Positions 24,735 through 39,016 of a stretch of DNA of 64,000 nucleotides are shown here, piece by piece. The notes under the pieces are model-generated. The model did not search any database. It worked only from the letters and a program-made list of their open reading frames with translations, and was not told the origin of the DNA. The stretch is from contig OX597831.1 in the NCBI GenBank assembly GCA_951406725.2, positions 48,422,001 through 48,486,000 of the forward strand, given 5' to 3'. The DNA comes from Octopus vulgaris. Lineage: Eukaryota. Numbering within the stretch: the first letter of the stretch is position 1; each line of letters begins with the position of its first letter. Both the position numbers and the translations under genes were made by a program.

Positions 24735-25150
24735 CTTCTAGGATCTCGGGCATCCTCCATCTGATTGCGCTCAAATTTGATATGTAGATACCGACAGTAT
24801 CAGGGCGTGTATAAGTCTTGAAAAAATTACAAAAATCGATTCCAGGTGAGAATACGATCGACAAAGCCATGGGAACGGGCATTTGTACGCACAAGTATAT
24901 CAGCTGTTGCGATGTACTTACTGGTACTTTAAACTCTTCGGTTGCATATTTGTATGAATAAAATCGTTTTTCTTTGGAATAGAGAAAAGTCTATCTTTAT
25001 TTGCTCTTTTGCTGGTGTCTCAAATTTAGGTTAAATCAGTGTTTCTCAAAAGGGAGGCCTATTGGACGGTCGGACAAGTTGTTTTGAGAAAATTTGGTTT
25101 AAATGTTTGACAACTCAGCACCGTCCATTGGATGAGGGGCGTTTTGCTTG
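24675..25150 (+). mobile_element. Non-autonomous Helitron-like element (family A)
   Basis: Homologous to 44216-44582 (-); 5' tattatataaaa then (TG)n; subterminal hairpin ccgtcc-att-ggatg; ends CTTG. Confidence 0.6.
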
Positions 25151-25186
<36 letters not shown>

Positions 25187-25231
25187 CAGAGATATACATA
25201 TATAGACACATGCTTACATATATGTGATATA

Positions 25232-26068
25232 TCTATATATATAAAACTCAACTTGTGTGTCTGTGTGTGTATCTGTGTGTGTGTCTGTGTGTTTAACTTC
25301 CCGGCACATCTCCTTCTAGCCAACAAATCGTAGAACCACCAAAAATGGGTCACTTAAAGTTTAGGCGAATGAAAATATAACTGCGCTATTTCTGTTCCGA
25401 AATTCATCTCGCAAGTGCAAAAATCGATAATGTGTTTGTTTAGGCCTTATCCCATGCATTGAATAGTGAGCTTTACTCAGTCAGTTGTTTGACGCGAACT
25501 GTGTTCACCATGCGTGCAAGCATGCGTAAATTGCATGAAAAATAAAAAAATCAAGATATAAAAACAAATCGCCATAAACATTGTAGAAATTCAGCAAAGA
25601 AATGAATCTTCGGAATGTAGCCTGGAGGGTTTTTTCGTATTAATCGTTTGGACTTTGTGAACACATACCAATTGTTTTCATAACATTTTTAACTCTTTGA
25701 ATTAAATGTGACCATTTTGCATTGAGTCTGCAGTTTGAATCACTTTAACCAAATTTTAGCAGGCCGGATTTTTGATCATCACGATACATCGCCAGCGACT
25801 CCCTAAAACCCTCCCCTGAAAACCCCGTTGAGAAATACTGATCTAAAAGAATAATTCAACAATGCAATTATTTGATCGACAAAAATTTATGAAATGCTTC
25901 TACGTACTTCCTATTGAAGAAATGGAACACATAAGTGCAAAAATAGAGGGCATTAAATGCTTGATTTTAAAACCAAAATAATTGAATTTTGATTGAACTT
26001 CATCCAAGTTTAGCTTAATTCGCGCGTGCATAGAACGCACAAGCGCATGAGCCGGGCAATACTGCTAG
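25232..26068 (+). mobile_element. Non-autonomous Helitron-like element (family B)
   Basis: Starts TC(tatatatataaaa) after an A, ends 'gccgggcaatactgCTAG' before a T; no TSD; 5' (TG/TC) microsatellite. Confidence 0.7.
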
Positions 26069-28933
26069 TACATATATAAACCAACACATACATATACATA
26101 TAGAAACATGCATACATATATGTGATATATATATACACACATACAAACGCACACATAGGTATGGGTGTATGTAGGTATATAGCTTTAATTGATTTTCTGC
26201 TTTAAGTATTTATACATTGTGAATAAGGCCTTTTATTGATAACTAAGTCTGTTAATGACTACTGGCAACCCTGAGTAATTTTCACACAGAACACGGCTAC
26301 ATTTATGAAACAAAAGAGTAAATACTATGCTACCAGAAAGACATTACTGTGCGACTGTTCCGACATCTTTTAGAAAGTTTTATTGTGAATATGTAATAAC
26401 TTCTCAACTGAGATCCGGTATGTAATCATCTTCAAATTGAATTCATAAAATTAATACTGAATGCAAAATTCTACACTTCAGGTATCCGGAATAAATTTGT
26501 CAAAAATAGTGATTAAACATCTGTCAATAAGAAATTTTCTCATAAAAATCTTTTCCTCATCAATATTTAAAATCTCACGTTGTTTTCTCAAGACGCCACT
26601 TAAATCTTTTTTCCAATATTCTATTATACATTATTTTCGCTGATTATTCGATAACTTTCCAATTTCCAAAGTTAAACACAGAAACAAAATTGCTACCAGG
26701 TTTGTTCAAAATTTATTAAATGCCTTTACATCGAGGGAGAGTGTTATTGGTTATATTTAACCCAATAAGTTTGTGGGGCTGTGGGGGACTAATATACCCA
26801 ACAACTAACCAAAGGGGGTTACCAGTGTTTATTAGTTTATTTCACCACAAGTGTTGAATCATATCCATATCCAAAGCAGAGTTCATTGATAAAGAGTCAA
26901 TGTAGTTTTAAGTGTTGTTGATATTGTTTAACCTCAGATAACTTTTGAATCAGCAGACTTTTGAGTCAATGAAGGGTTCTCAATAGTGTAATTTTATTAT
27001 TTTAAAAATAGCAGCTAAATTCCCTTCAAATACCATATTTTTACATCTGAAACAAGAAGTAGGACACAATAAGGGATATAATCCCAGAGACTCTCTCACA
27101 AGATAATCATGACTAAGGTGTAACTCTAAATAACATTCTCTAAGCTCTGTAATTTACTACTGTAAGCAGTTGTTGTTGTTGTTCGTTCTTTTCAAGCTAT
27201 GCCTAGCTTATACGGGCCGGTTTCCTGGTTTCATTGGTGTATAGGCTCCCCATCTGGACAGGACATAGGTCTGTCACTGGTGAGCTGCTAGATGCAGGAA
27301 GAAAGAGCAAGAGAAAGTTGTGGCAAAAGAGTCAGCAGAGGTTCACCATTACCTTCTGCCAGAGCGGCATGGAGCTTAGGTGTTTCACTCATAAACACAC
27401 ATATCACCCAGTCTGAGATTTGAACCCATGATCCCTTGATCACAAGTCTGCTGCGCTAACCACACTGTAAGCAGTAGCAATGTAAAATTGAAGAGTAAGT
27501 GTTTCACTGGCTTTCAGTGTTGAGTACTTCCATTAAGAAAAACTATTTGTGGTAGAGCAATGTCCTTTCCAGGGCTGGAATGTAGCTGATGGTGTTTGTC
27601 TCACTTGTTTGTCTCACTGCCTTTGTAGCCATATTTCTGTTAAACTATTGTGTCTTTCAATAATTTTGAAAATAGTTCAAAATTTAGTAAAATAATTTTG
27701 TCATTATTAAATCGGTGTTTATAACTTAAATTATCATAAAATTTTGATGGAAAGTTTTAAGTTAGATCATTAAGTTAGATCTTTGGAATCAGAATGTATT
27801 AGCTTTAATAGCAACATTCAGTGTTTTGGTTTTTCTTTTTTTCTTTTTCGTTTTTCTTTTTTCGTTTTTTTTTTTTTTTTGCTAGAGGTGATGAACTAGC
27901 AGGATTAGTAGAGCAGAAAATAGAACATCATGTGGTACTTAGTTAATAATCCTAATGTTCTGAGTTCAAATCTTATTGAAGACAAGTTTATTTTGAAATT
28001 GGTAGAATTATGTACCTGGGAAATATCGGCATCAATATAATCAACAATACACCTATCTCAGCACAAATTTGCACCTACTTTATAATCAAATACTGATCTT
28101 ATTCTTAAATCTCATAATCCTATAGTTTCTTCTTCTTTTTATTGTATTTTAAAATTGACACCCGAACAGTATTTATATCTATCAAATTTATTTATTTTCC
28201 AATGTTGTCTAATCTTTGTCTAATATAGTCACTGCAAACTTCTCTGGGATACTACAAGAATATGCATGAAAGGAATACGAAATTTATATATTTTATCTCT
28301 TTTCTTACATTGATCAAATCAGACCTACCTCTTAAAATCTGATGTCTCTTTATATAAGACAAGACTAAATCTCTGTACGCGACACAAAACATTATCTCGT
28401 TTAATATTTCTTTGTCAGTTCACTCTATCTACAAAGATAATATAGGTGACATTCTTTCATGATAAATATTTTCATAATGGTTAAACGAAATCGCACTTAT
28501 TCTTTTCTGACACTAAGTTATAATGCAAAACTAACATCACAACTATTGTGACAAGTTATTTCTACAAAATTCATTAAATAACGAATATATATATACATAT
28601 ATATACATATATAGGTGTGTATGCATGTGTATATCTATCTATCTATCCATATATATATATATATATATCTACACACACACATACCAAATATATTAATATT
28701 TATATATATATATGCACATACATATATATACATACATATATATATGAATATATATATACATACATACATACATATATATATTTATACACATATACACACA
28801 CCTATGTTTACACATCTACGGATATATATTGTGCATGTGTGTGTATATGAATGTATGTATATATATGTATGTATGTGTGTGTGTATATGTATGTGTATAT
28901 ATATATATGTTTCTCTCTCTGTCTGTCTATCTG

Positions 28934-28995
<62 letters not shown>

Positions 28996-29681
28996 GTATG
29001 TATACATGAATTGTTGTTTCCTGAATACACAGGAAATCTTTATAAATTTGCTTCACACAAATGTCTGGTATATTTTCCTTATTTTTCCGCAAAGAATATA
29101 AAGAATGAAATGAGTTGTTTGGTCTATAACTGAAATCTTTTTATATTTATGTCACTTTTTTAAAGTATACAATTTTTTTCTAAATCCACCTAAACATTTA
29201 TACTGCATTTCTCCAAATTAAGAAAAATTATGAATGACAAGAAACAGAGAAAAATTAAAGAATAAATATATGTGGCTGATAATTGATAAAAACTGGGTGA
29301 TTGTACTCACCATTTTAGCAAGAAGCCTTTTGCTAAGAGGGAAAAACAAAAGAGGTGTTTCCTTTACTTTTTATTTTTTTAATTAAAAAAATGAAACGTG
29401 ATAAATGTCTACAAGGTAATATCAGTCTGAAGAGTATTTGGTATATACGTATAAATTTTATCACACACACACACACACACACATGCATACTTATACAGAA
29501 ATTAGCTATGATATAAATCACTAAGATTTATGTGTGTGTCTCTGTGTGTGTATGTAAATATATTACAATATATAATATATATATATAATTATATGTAATA
29601 TATATTATGTATATATATTATATGGTCCAACCCATGCTAGCATGGAAAACGGACGTTAAATGATCATGATGATGTTATATA

Positions 29682-30523
29682 CAGGGTGTGGTGTATAAAC
29701 TGTCATCTAAAATGTGACAAAATGAAGATAACAGTGACATCTCATTTTAACAGATATATTTACCAAAATTACATTAAAATATTTTCAGAACAAATTTACT
29801 CAATAAAATCGCCTTTGGTTTCAACCTCGGCTGCCAGCAACTCTTCTGGATGGTCTCCTTGTTTAAGTTGGTGAATGCTGCCATAATCCTTGCCTTCAGT
29901 TCATCTTTGATGTTACAAGGAGTTTTGTTGGTCTCACACTCAACTACACCCCACACATAATAATCAAGAGGGTTCCAGTCTGGCGAGTTAGGTGGCCTAA
30001 TGTTAGGGGTAATGTTGTCACAAATTGTCTGACAGCCATGACTGGATTCTCCTGCTGGTGCAGAATGCTGCTGCTAGAAACAGGGTCTTCTAACAGCTAT
30101 CCTCTTGACCCAGGGCAGCAGTACTTCCTCCAGACACTTGATGTAGGCCTCCATGTTGAGTATGAGGCCGTGTAGGAAGATGAGGCATAATTTCACCATC
30201 ACTAGTGATCACTCCAAACACCATGGTGTTGACTGGATGTTTGATTTTTATCACTCCCAGTACATGTTTTGGGGACATGAGCCATCCAACAATTGTTCTG
30301 TGTGTTTACCATCTGTTCGTATTGGAGCTTCTGACACAAATGCCAAGCAGTGCATGTCATTTCCAAATTTCTGGTTGAGTGAATTGTACCATAGTGCTGT
30401 TTTTCTCACAGATGGTGCCTAAGTGACCCTACTATACTATGTAGTTGACAAGATCAAAAACAAACAATGTGCATGTGTAAAATTAAAAATATAAAATGGC
30501 AACAATTTATCCATCACACCCTG
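29682..30523 (-). mobile_element. Internally deleted Tc1/mariner-superfamily DNA transposon
   Basis: TIRs CAGGGTGTG..GATAAA..GT with TA duplication at both ends; minus-strand remnants 'KHPVNTMVFGVITSDG' and 'PPNSPDWNPLDYYVWGVVE' (SPDLNPLD motif). Confidence 0.85.
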
Positions 30524-30538
30524 TATATGTATGTATGT

Positions 30539-30591
<53 letters not shown>

Positions 30592-30780
30592 CTAAATTTA
30601 AAATGAAAAATCTAAGGTTTAGAAAGGCGGCATTAAACGCAGTATCCAAACCTTGTTTTGGATAAGTCCCTGGTAGTGTGTCTGCAGAGTATGTTCACCA
30701 CTTATGACTGCCAGCTGTCATTGGCGTTACTGCTCATTCATTGCTGAATCTATGTCTGGAATTCCAAGGTGTGCATTGGG

Positions 30781-31234
<454 letters not shown>

Positions 31235-31396
31235 TACGGGTGTGTGTGATTGTATATAGAAGAATATATTAATAAAAGGAATTCCAACCTTGTCTGATTT
31301 TCACGTTTTATTTACAATCTTATAATGATATAAGATAATATAATATAATATAATAAAATAAAATAAAATAATAGAATGTTAAATGTTCATTCTGAT

Positions 31397-31441
31397 TGAA
31401 CTAGTACTTTCATGCATTAAATTCTGCAATCTTCAGGTTCA
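31397..31441 (-). ncRNA. Minimal type I hammerhead ribozyme
   Basis: UGAAC-CUGAAGA-U-UGCA(GAAUUUAA)UGCA-U-GAA-AG(UA)CU-A-GUUCA. 5-bp stem I; palindromic AGUACU; lies in a ~230-bp island between microsatellites. Confidence 0.8.
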
Positions 31442-31485
31442 TCTAGTAGTGGTGACAGTCATGCTTCACAATTCTTGACTGTGGG

Positions 31486-31522
<37 letters not shown>

Positions 31523-32213
31523 TATGCATGCATAAACATAAACAAACATATATGTATTTAAATCTGACTGGTTCTCTTTTATTTAAGTAAACATACAAAT
31601 ATACATATATATAAACATTCAGGTGTATGCATATTTTCAGGCACTTTCATACACTCTGCCATAGTTTGGACATTTGATGGTTTATCTCATTCTATTTTTT
31701 TCTCTTTCAATTGTTCTGTATTATATTTATTAAGTGTGAGAGTATTTTTCACATGAATTTGCCTATGGGTGTATGTAGAGAAACATGGTCATTCAATGAC
31801 AGAAAGAAAATAAAAAGCAAAAAATAAAATAAAATTTTATGAATAAGTGTTTCTTTTATTAGATTTATCCTCAACCCAAATTTGTACTGCAATAAGATAT
31901 TATTAAATTTATTCAAAAACAATTATGTAGTTGTGTTTTAGTGTGATGTGAATACTCGATGACAAAGTGAAGTTTTTTTTTACAAGGGCCAGAGAGACGA
32001 AAAGGCGACATTACTTCATGGTAACTGACAAGTTTGCATGGTTTATTGTTTTCTTGCTTGTTTGTTTATGCAATAATGATTCCCTATTGAATGATGATGA
32101 CGATGATGATGATGATAATGATAAATGCCCTGATGCAGTACCAGGTAGTGGCTCTCATGGCTTTTGGTTTTAACTAATTGGAAGTGTTATCATGTACATT
32201 GTTTTACTTTGGT

Positions 32214-32253
<40 letters not shown>

Positions 32254-33017
32254 GCCCTGATGCAGTACCAGGCAGTGGCTCTCATGGCTTCTGATCTTAA
32301 CTGATTGGAAGTGTTATCATGTACATTGTTTTGGTATAAAAGATGGGCTACAGCAAATATTCTGCTCAATACCACAGATTTGCTTGTCAGTTGTTTGACC
32401 ATAACCAGTTGAGCATGTCCCTTGGTGGCTGATGGTATGTGCATCTCTGATCACAAGCAGAAGTAGTTGGGGAGCATCATAGCCATGTGTTGAGAGGAAT
32501 TCTTTGGAGTTTGAATAATTCACCTCTGAAAACATGGATGTTTCATTCAATATCCTTAAACCACCTTTATTCAAGGACCTTTTGAGCAGGATGGGCTACT
32601 CGACCTTAAGAAAATTCTAACTGGGCCCCACTTGCAAGATCATGTGCTGTTTATCTTGATATGAGATCACTATATCATGCACATATGGTTGTGATGCATG
32701 TGCCTGATATACCCTTATCTTGACCTTGAAGGGATGAAAAGCAAAATCAACCTTGATGGTGAGAATTTAAGTAATAATGAAAGTGATTGTAGTGAAAATA
32801 GAATAGTAGGGTAGAAGTTCACCAAGTCTCAGGTCATATTTCTTACACCACCATGTGATTCCAGCTTTCGTCAGTTCCCTATCTCCATTTTGAATTGCTA
32901 CTTAGTAATTCTGGCATCTTGGACAAGTGTCTTCTTCTATAGCCTTGAGCTGATCTCATCTTTACATGTGGATTTGGTACACGGAAACTGAAAGTAGCCT
33001 GTCATATACATATGGAA

Positions 33018-33400
33018 TGGAAGCACTCCGTCGGTTATGATGACGAAGGTTCCGGTTGATCCAAATCAACGGAACAGCTTGCTCATGAAATTAACGTGTA
33101 AGTGGCTGAGCACTCCACAGACACGTGTACCCTTAACATAGTTCTCGGGGATATTCAGCGTGACACAGAGAGTGACAAGGCCGGCCCTTTGAAATACAGG
33201 TACAACAGAAACGGGAAGTAAGAGTGAGAGAAAGTTGTGGTGAAAGAGTACAGCAGGGATCACCACCATCCCCTGCCTGAGCCTCGTGGAGCTTTAGGTG
33301 TTTTCGCTCAATAAACACTCACAATGCCCAGTCTGGGAATTGAAACCGCGATCCTATGACCGCGAGTCCGCTGCCCTAACCACTGGGCCATTGCGCCTCC
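33018..33400 (-). mobile_element. tRNA-derived SINE (second family), near full length
   Basis: Minus-strand head 'ggcgcaatggcccagtggttagggcagcggactcgcggtcataggatcgcggtttcaattccc' with A and B boxes. Confidence 0.8.
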
Positions 33401-34642
33401 ACTCATATGCATATATGTGTGTATCTTCATGTCTACGCTTTTTGTTTCCAACACCACTTAACAAGTGGTGTTGGTGTACTTAGAATAAGTACTAGACTTT
33501 AAAATGTATAAAACAAGTACTGGGGTTGGTTTGTTTGACTAAAATTCTTCAAACTGGTACCTTGGCATGGATACAGTATAATCTTTTCTACTCTAAGTAC
33601 AAGGTCCAAAATTTTTAAGGAATGGGGCCAGTCGATTAGATCGACCCCAGTACACAACTGATACTTAATTTACCAGCCCTGAAAGAATGAAAGGTAAAGT
33701 CGACCTTCGCAGAATTTGAACTCAGAACGTAAAGACAGACGAAATACCGCAAAGCATTTTGCTTGGTGTGCTAACATTTCTGCCACCGTGCCGGCTTATG
33801 TATGCAATATAATGATTTAAATATGTGAAGATAAAAAGATTGTACTTTTGACATGTTAATTACTGAAAAAAATTTATGAAACTAAATTTAATCCACGATC
33901 AGGTTATAAAGTGTTGTTACACATCACTGGTCATAATGCATTTTGCCTTGTTTTAACCTTCAAATGATGCTACCCCACTGGCTAGGTGAGCAGGACAACA
34001 TTCCTCACTGACCAAAAGTGGGACTATAGCAATATGAAATGAAGTGTCTTGCTCAAGAACACAGTGTGCCACCTGATCAAGGAATCAAGCACATGACCTA
34101 GTGACTGTGAGTACAACAGCCTAACCACTTGGCCAAGCACTTTCACAAATTTAATTATTAATTGTAATCAAAAGCAACAAGCTAGCAAGATCATTAGAGC
34201 ATGAATATAATACTTTGCAGAATGTGTTCTGGGTTTTTACATCCTTAACACAATTCCCATAGGAATCAACTTTCCTTTTCATCCTTTTAGGCTTGATTAA
34301 ATAAAATACAAATTAAATACTGGGGTTGATAAAATAAAGTACCAGTGGGGTTGATGGTATTGACTAACCCCTCTCCTCAATTGTTGGCCTTGCGTTAAAA
34401 TTGGAAATTGCTATTAATTATAATCAAATGAGAAAAATGAAAGAAATCCTTATTTCAATGTGTCATATAATCTTCATTTAATTTCATGCCTAAATATGTT
34501 ATCAGAAAAGCCAAAAGTGTGTGAAAAACATAGTTTGTGATGTGACGGAATAATAATAATGTCATGCACTGTTTATCTTGATATGAGATCAGTATGTCGT
34601 GCACATATTTTTGTAGGGCATATGCTTGATGCCCCCTTGTCA

Positions 34643-36870
34643 CATGGGTCTCCAAACCATGGCCCATGGTCCAGATCTGGCTTACGACATCAATTTGTCT
34701 GGCCCACCATCATATGCTGAAAAAAAAAGCATGCTTTTATACTGCTTCTTACACTTCTTAGATTACGCATGTCATATGCATACTGAGTCAGTCACATCAC
34801 AAGCTATGGTTTTCACACACCGTAATAATTACTCCAGTACATCACGTGTACCTCGGGCTAGTCAGTATTTAGAGATTACAATTAAAACGCGAATATTTGA
34901 CACCAAGGCCTAAGACTGCTTTTGTTTTTTCTTCACCCATCCTTATGGCTACTAAGAAGAGAAAGGTTGATGTTGAATGTCACATTTTCAATAAAGAATG
35001 GGGAGAAAAGTACTTCTTTGTGGAAACAAATGACCAGAAAGCTAGTTGCTTGATATGCAACGAAAGTGTTGCTGTTATGAAAGAGTACAATATTCATCGC
35101 AGCTACAAAGCAAAACATTTCTCAACACATTTTAAATATTCTGGAAAGTTGTGGTCCGAGAATTTGAATCTATGAAACATAGTTTGGAATCTCAAAGGAA
35201 TTTCTTTACGAAAAAGTTTGTTAAAAATGAATCAATCACTCATGTGAGTTACGAAATGGTGAATATGTTAGCAGAGCGAGGAAAACTATTTACTGACAGA
35301 AACTTTATAAAAGAGTGCATGAGGGAAGCAGCAAATGACTTGTGTCCAGAGAAAGCTAATATGTTTGGCTGTATCAGCCTTTCAGCAAGTTCAATTGTGC
35401 AGAGAATAGAAGAACTATATAGAATATACAGTTACAGATACATGAGAAAGCTAAGAAGTTTTTGTGGTATTCTCTTGCAATGGATGAGTCTACTGATCTC
35501 TCTCGTATGTCGCAACTTCATATGTTCATTCATGGTGTTAAATGCAACTTTGAGATTATAGAAGAAATGGCATCCATTTGCAGTATACATGGAACAACAA
35601 CCGGAGAAGATATTTTCATAGAGGTGCAGAAAACTTTGCAAAACTATAACCTTCAGTGGAATCAGCTTCGGTGTGTTACAGTCGATGGAGGAAAAAACAT
35701 AGCAGGAGTGAGGAAGACCAATTTGGAGGAGCTTCAACTTCTGAAAGCTCTGTTTATAGACTGCTTTATACATCAGCAAGCACTCTATGGAAAACACGTA
35801 GATATTTCTTGCGCACTAAAACCAGTTACAACTGTGGTGAACTTTATTTGGAATCATGTTCCAGGCTTTCCTTGAAGAAATGGATTCTAATTTCTGTGAT
35901 TTGCCTTACTACACAGAAGTGAGATGGCTCAGTTGTGGTAAAGTCCTGTTTTGTTTTTATAAGCTCCAAAGAGAAATAGATCTTTTTCTCACCGAAAAGA
36001 ATAGAGCTGATCCACAGCTGTCAGAGCCTTCATGGTTATCAAAGTTGTCATTTTTAGTTGATGTCACTTCTCATATGAATGAATTGAATTTAAAACTGTA
36101 AGGAAAGTATAACCTTGTCTGTGATCTCTACAGAATTATTATAGCTTTTCAGAGAAAGCTATCATTGTTTGAAGCACAACTTGAAGGAGGAAACTTCTCT
36201 TATTTTCAGTGTTTTCAAGAGTTTTGCACAGAAAATGTTAACCTCAAGTTTCAGAAAAAAATTACTTAGGACTTAAATAAGCATTTTTCTCAAAGATTTT
36301 CAGATTTTGGCTGTTATCTTGATAACATGCAAACTGAACTACGACTGGGGCTTATTGACTTGCAAGCTGATACCCTGTTGAAAGAGAAGCGCAGAAGGAA
36401 AACTCATTGAATTTTATCGCTGCTTGCCTTCTGATGAGTTTTCAAAATTGAAAAATTTTGCCTCAGGTATGGCATCACATTTTGGAACAACTTATGTTTG
36501 TGAGCAAACTTTTTCAAAAATGAAGTGTGTGAAGTCAATACATTGAACAAGGCTCACTGATGAACATTTGGAAGCAATTCTTATGGTTGGCTGCAGAAAT
36601 CATAAAGCAAATGTTGATGATATGTTGGAAGCAAGACGCCAGTTTCACAAATATCATTAACTTTTGTGCTGCTTACATTTTTACGCAATTAAGCTGTATG
36701 CACTTTTTCTAAAAAATCTAACTTGGTATTATTAAAATATGTTTATTGCTTTTATTGTTTTGTGTATTTTATGCATTGATAAATAAATAGGATGACTGTC
36801 TTTATTTTTTGTGTACATTCAGTGTATTCTATATTGTACTGAATTGAACAAAATATTTATCCAGCCCATG
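34643..36870 (+). mobile_element. hAT (Charlie/GTF2IRD2-like) DNA transposon, 3' TIR missing
   Basis: 5' end 'catgggtctccaaaccatggcccatggtccagatctggc' resembles Charlie-type termini; contains the transposase pseudogene. Confidence 0.75.
34945..36660 (+). pseudogene. Frameshifted hAT transposase (GTF2IRD2/Charlie/Spin-like)
   Basis: MATKKRKVDVECHIFNKEW..YFF..CLICNESVAVMKEYN; YSLAMDESTD; GTTTGEDIF; CFIHQQAL; EVRWLSCGKVL; FLVDVTSHMNELNLKL; FGTTYVCEQTFSKMK, distributed over several frames. Confidence 0.9.
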
Positions 36871-36881
36871 CTAGAACAATG

Positions 36882-37005
36882 TTATGTACAAAACCAAATA
36901 TATGACACCCTAGACATAATACTAACTTGAACTTCTAACTTGTCTCTTGAGGTCTCTGGGTGAGACTTGGAGTCACCTTGTATAAAAACAAAGCAAAATT
37001 CAAAC

Positions 37006-37045
<40 letters not shown>

Positions 37046-37090
37046 TAATAATAATAATAATGATAATCATAATAATGATAATAATAAACA
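36882..37090 (+). mobile_element. 3' end of a (TAA)n-tailed non-LTR retroelement (possibly Dong/R4)
   Basis: Unique ~125 bp ending in a long (TAA)n; lies where the hAT 3' end is lost. Confidence 0.4.
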
Positions 37091-37321
37091 ATAAGAGGAG
37101 TACAGCTGTTATCAAATGAACAATACTTCGACACTTCATGTGTCTTTCACAAGTTCAAAATAATCATCTCAATCGACATCATTTTGATAATATTTAAGGG
37201 TAACTCCTCCTGAAGGCAAAGGAACAACAAGAAGTGTCGAAATATTGTTCATTCGATAACAGTCACACTCTTCTTATTGTTTCTTTACCTTCAGGAGGAG
37301 TAACATCAATCCTTAAATATT
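37086..37321. mobile_element. Interleaved double inverted repeat with a decayed hammerhead, inside a (TAA)n tract
   Basis: A (37086-37137) / A' (37229-37281) and B (37186-37222) / B' (37282-37321); minus-strand GAAC-UUGUGAA-A-GACAC(AUGAA)GUGUC-GAAGUAU-U-GUUC at 37118-37156. Confidence 0.5.
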
Positions 37322-37325
37322 AATG

Positions 37326-37368
<43 letters not shown>

Positions 37369-37562
37369 GAGTTTCAAATTTTGCCACAAGGGCAGCAATT
37401 TTGGGGGAGGGGATGAGTGTTCAACTGGTACTTACTTTATCGACCCATAAAGGATGAAAAGAAAAGTCAGCCTTGGTGGAATTTGATCTCAGAACATAGA
37501 GGCAAATGAAATACCGCTAATTATTTCACCCGGCATGTTAACAATTCCACCAGCTTGCTGCC

Positions 37563-37611
<49 letters not shown>

Positions 37612-38114
37612 TAAGAATGATGATGATGATGATGATAATAATAATATTAATAATAATAATAATTATTATTATAATAATTATAATAATAATAATAATAATA
37701 AATATTCTGCTCAATGCCACAAATTTGCTTGTCAGTTGCTTGACCATAACTGGTTGCGCATGTCCCTTAGTGGCTGATGATATGTGCATCTCTGTTCATG
37801 AGCAAACCCAGTGCCATTTGATGGCATGCACTGCTCTCTCACTTAATAATAATCCTAATAATAAAAATAATAATAATGGTTTCAAATTTTTCCACAAGGG
37901 TAACAGTTATGGGGGAGATAATGAGTCAATTGCATCAACCCCAGTGTTCAACTGGTACTTGTTTTATCGACCCTGAAAGGATGAAAGGTAAAGTTATCCT
38001 CAGCAGAATTTGAACTCAGAACATAGTGACAGGCAAAATACCGCTAAGCATTTCATCCAGCGCTAACAATTCTTTCAGCTCTCCAACTTAATAATAATAA
38101 CAATAATAATATTA

Positions 38115-38182
<68 letters not shown>

Positions 38183-38204
38183 GCAATCAATCATCTTTTA
38201 GGTA

Positions 38205-38520
38205 GGCTAGTCTTATCAATATCTAAGTATACTGACAGGCACAAAAGCATTTGTAGAACTACTATATTGGGCTTCTCTGTCAATATTACAAATCTAGCTG
38301 AAAAGACTGACAATACAATAGAGCTACAATAACACAGAACTTGACAATGAATACTGACAAATATAGGCAAACAATCAGGATATCATTCATTGGTAATGGA
38401 CCAAAGGAATATGTGTACTTTTAGATATTTCAGAACCACTAAAAAGCAAACTAAAAAACAAAAATTGGACACAGAAGAAATATACTAAATAGAAAAGAAA
38501 AAACTAATCAGAAACACATG
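38205..38520 (+). pseudogene. Degenerate restriction-like endonuclease region of a Dong/R4-type non-LTR element
   Basis: 'YTDRHKSICR' (Y..RH motif) and 'ANNQDII...KGICVLLDISEP....KKY' (cf. NRPDI..LIDISVP..KY), with stops; adjacent to (TAA)n. Confidence 0.5.
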
Positions 38521-38841
38521 TATTTTGAAGGAAAGAAGTGAGAACATAAGCAATAGGTAGCAATAGTAGCGTTTAGTACTGTTAATTATATTTACATAAG
38601 GATATTGTTTGTAAATAAATTGAAATGTATGTTTAATAAACATAGATTTAGCCCTTGTTTGCAAATTGAATCTCATCTTACTTGGTTAGACCACAAGGCT
38701 GTTTTCTGTTTGTATACTTTGAGGCTAAATGTTTGTACACAAGTGAATTTGTTTATAAACTTATTACTACACTGTGCTAGCACAGCATGATCACACGTAC
38801 ACGCACACACACACACACACACACATACATACATACATACA

Positions 38842-38888
<47 letters not shown>

Positions 38889-38903
38889 GTATGTATTTGT
38901 ATG

Positions 38904-38962
<59 letters not shown>

Positions 38963-38980
38963 GTATGTATATACATACAA

Positions 38981-39016
<36 letters not shown>

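Noticed and set aside
36431-36460. CTGATGA...GAAA motif
   Set aside because: Lies inside hAT transposase coding sequence and lacks stems I and III; chance match.
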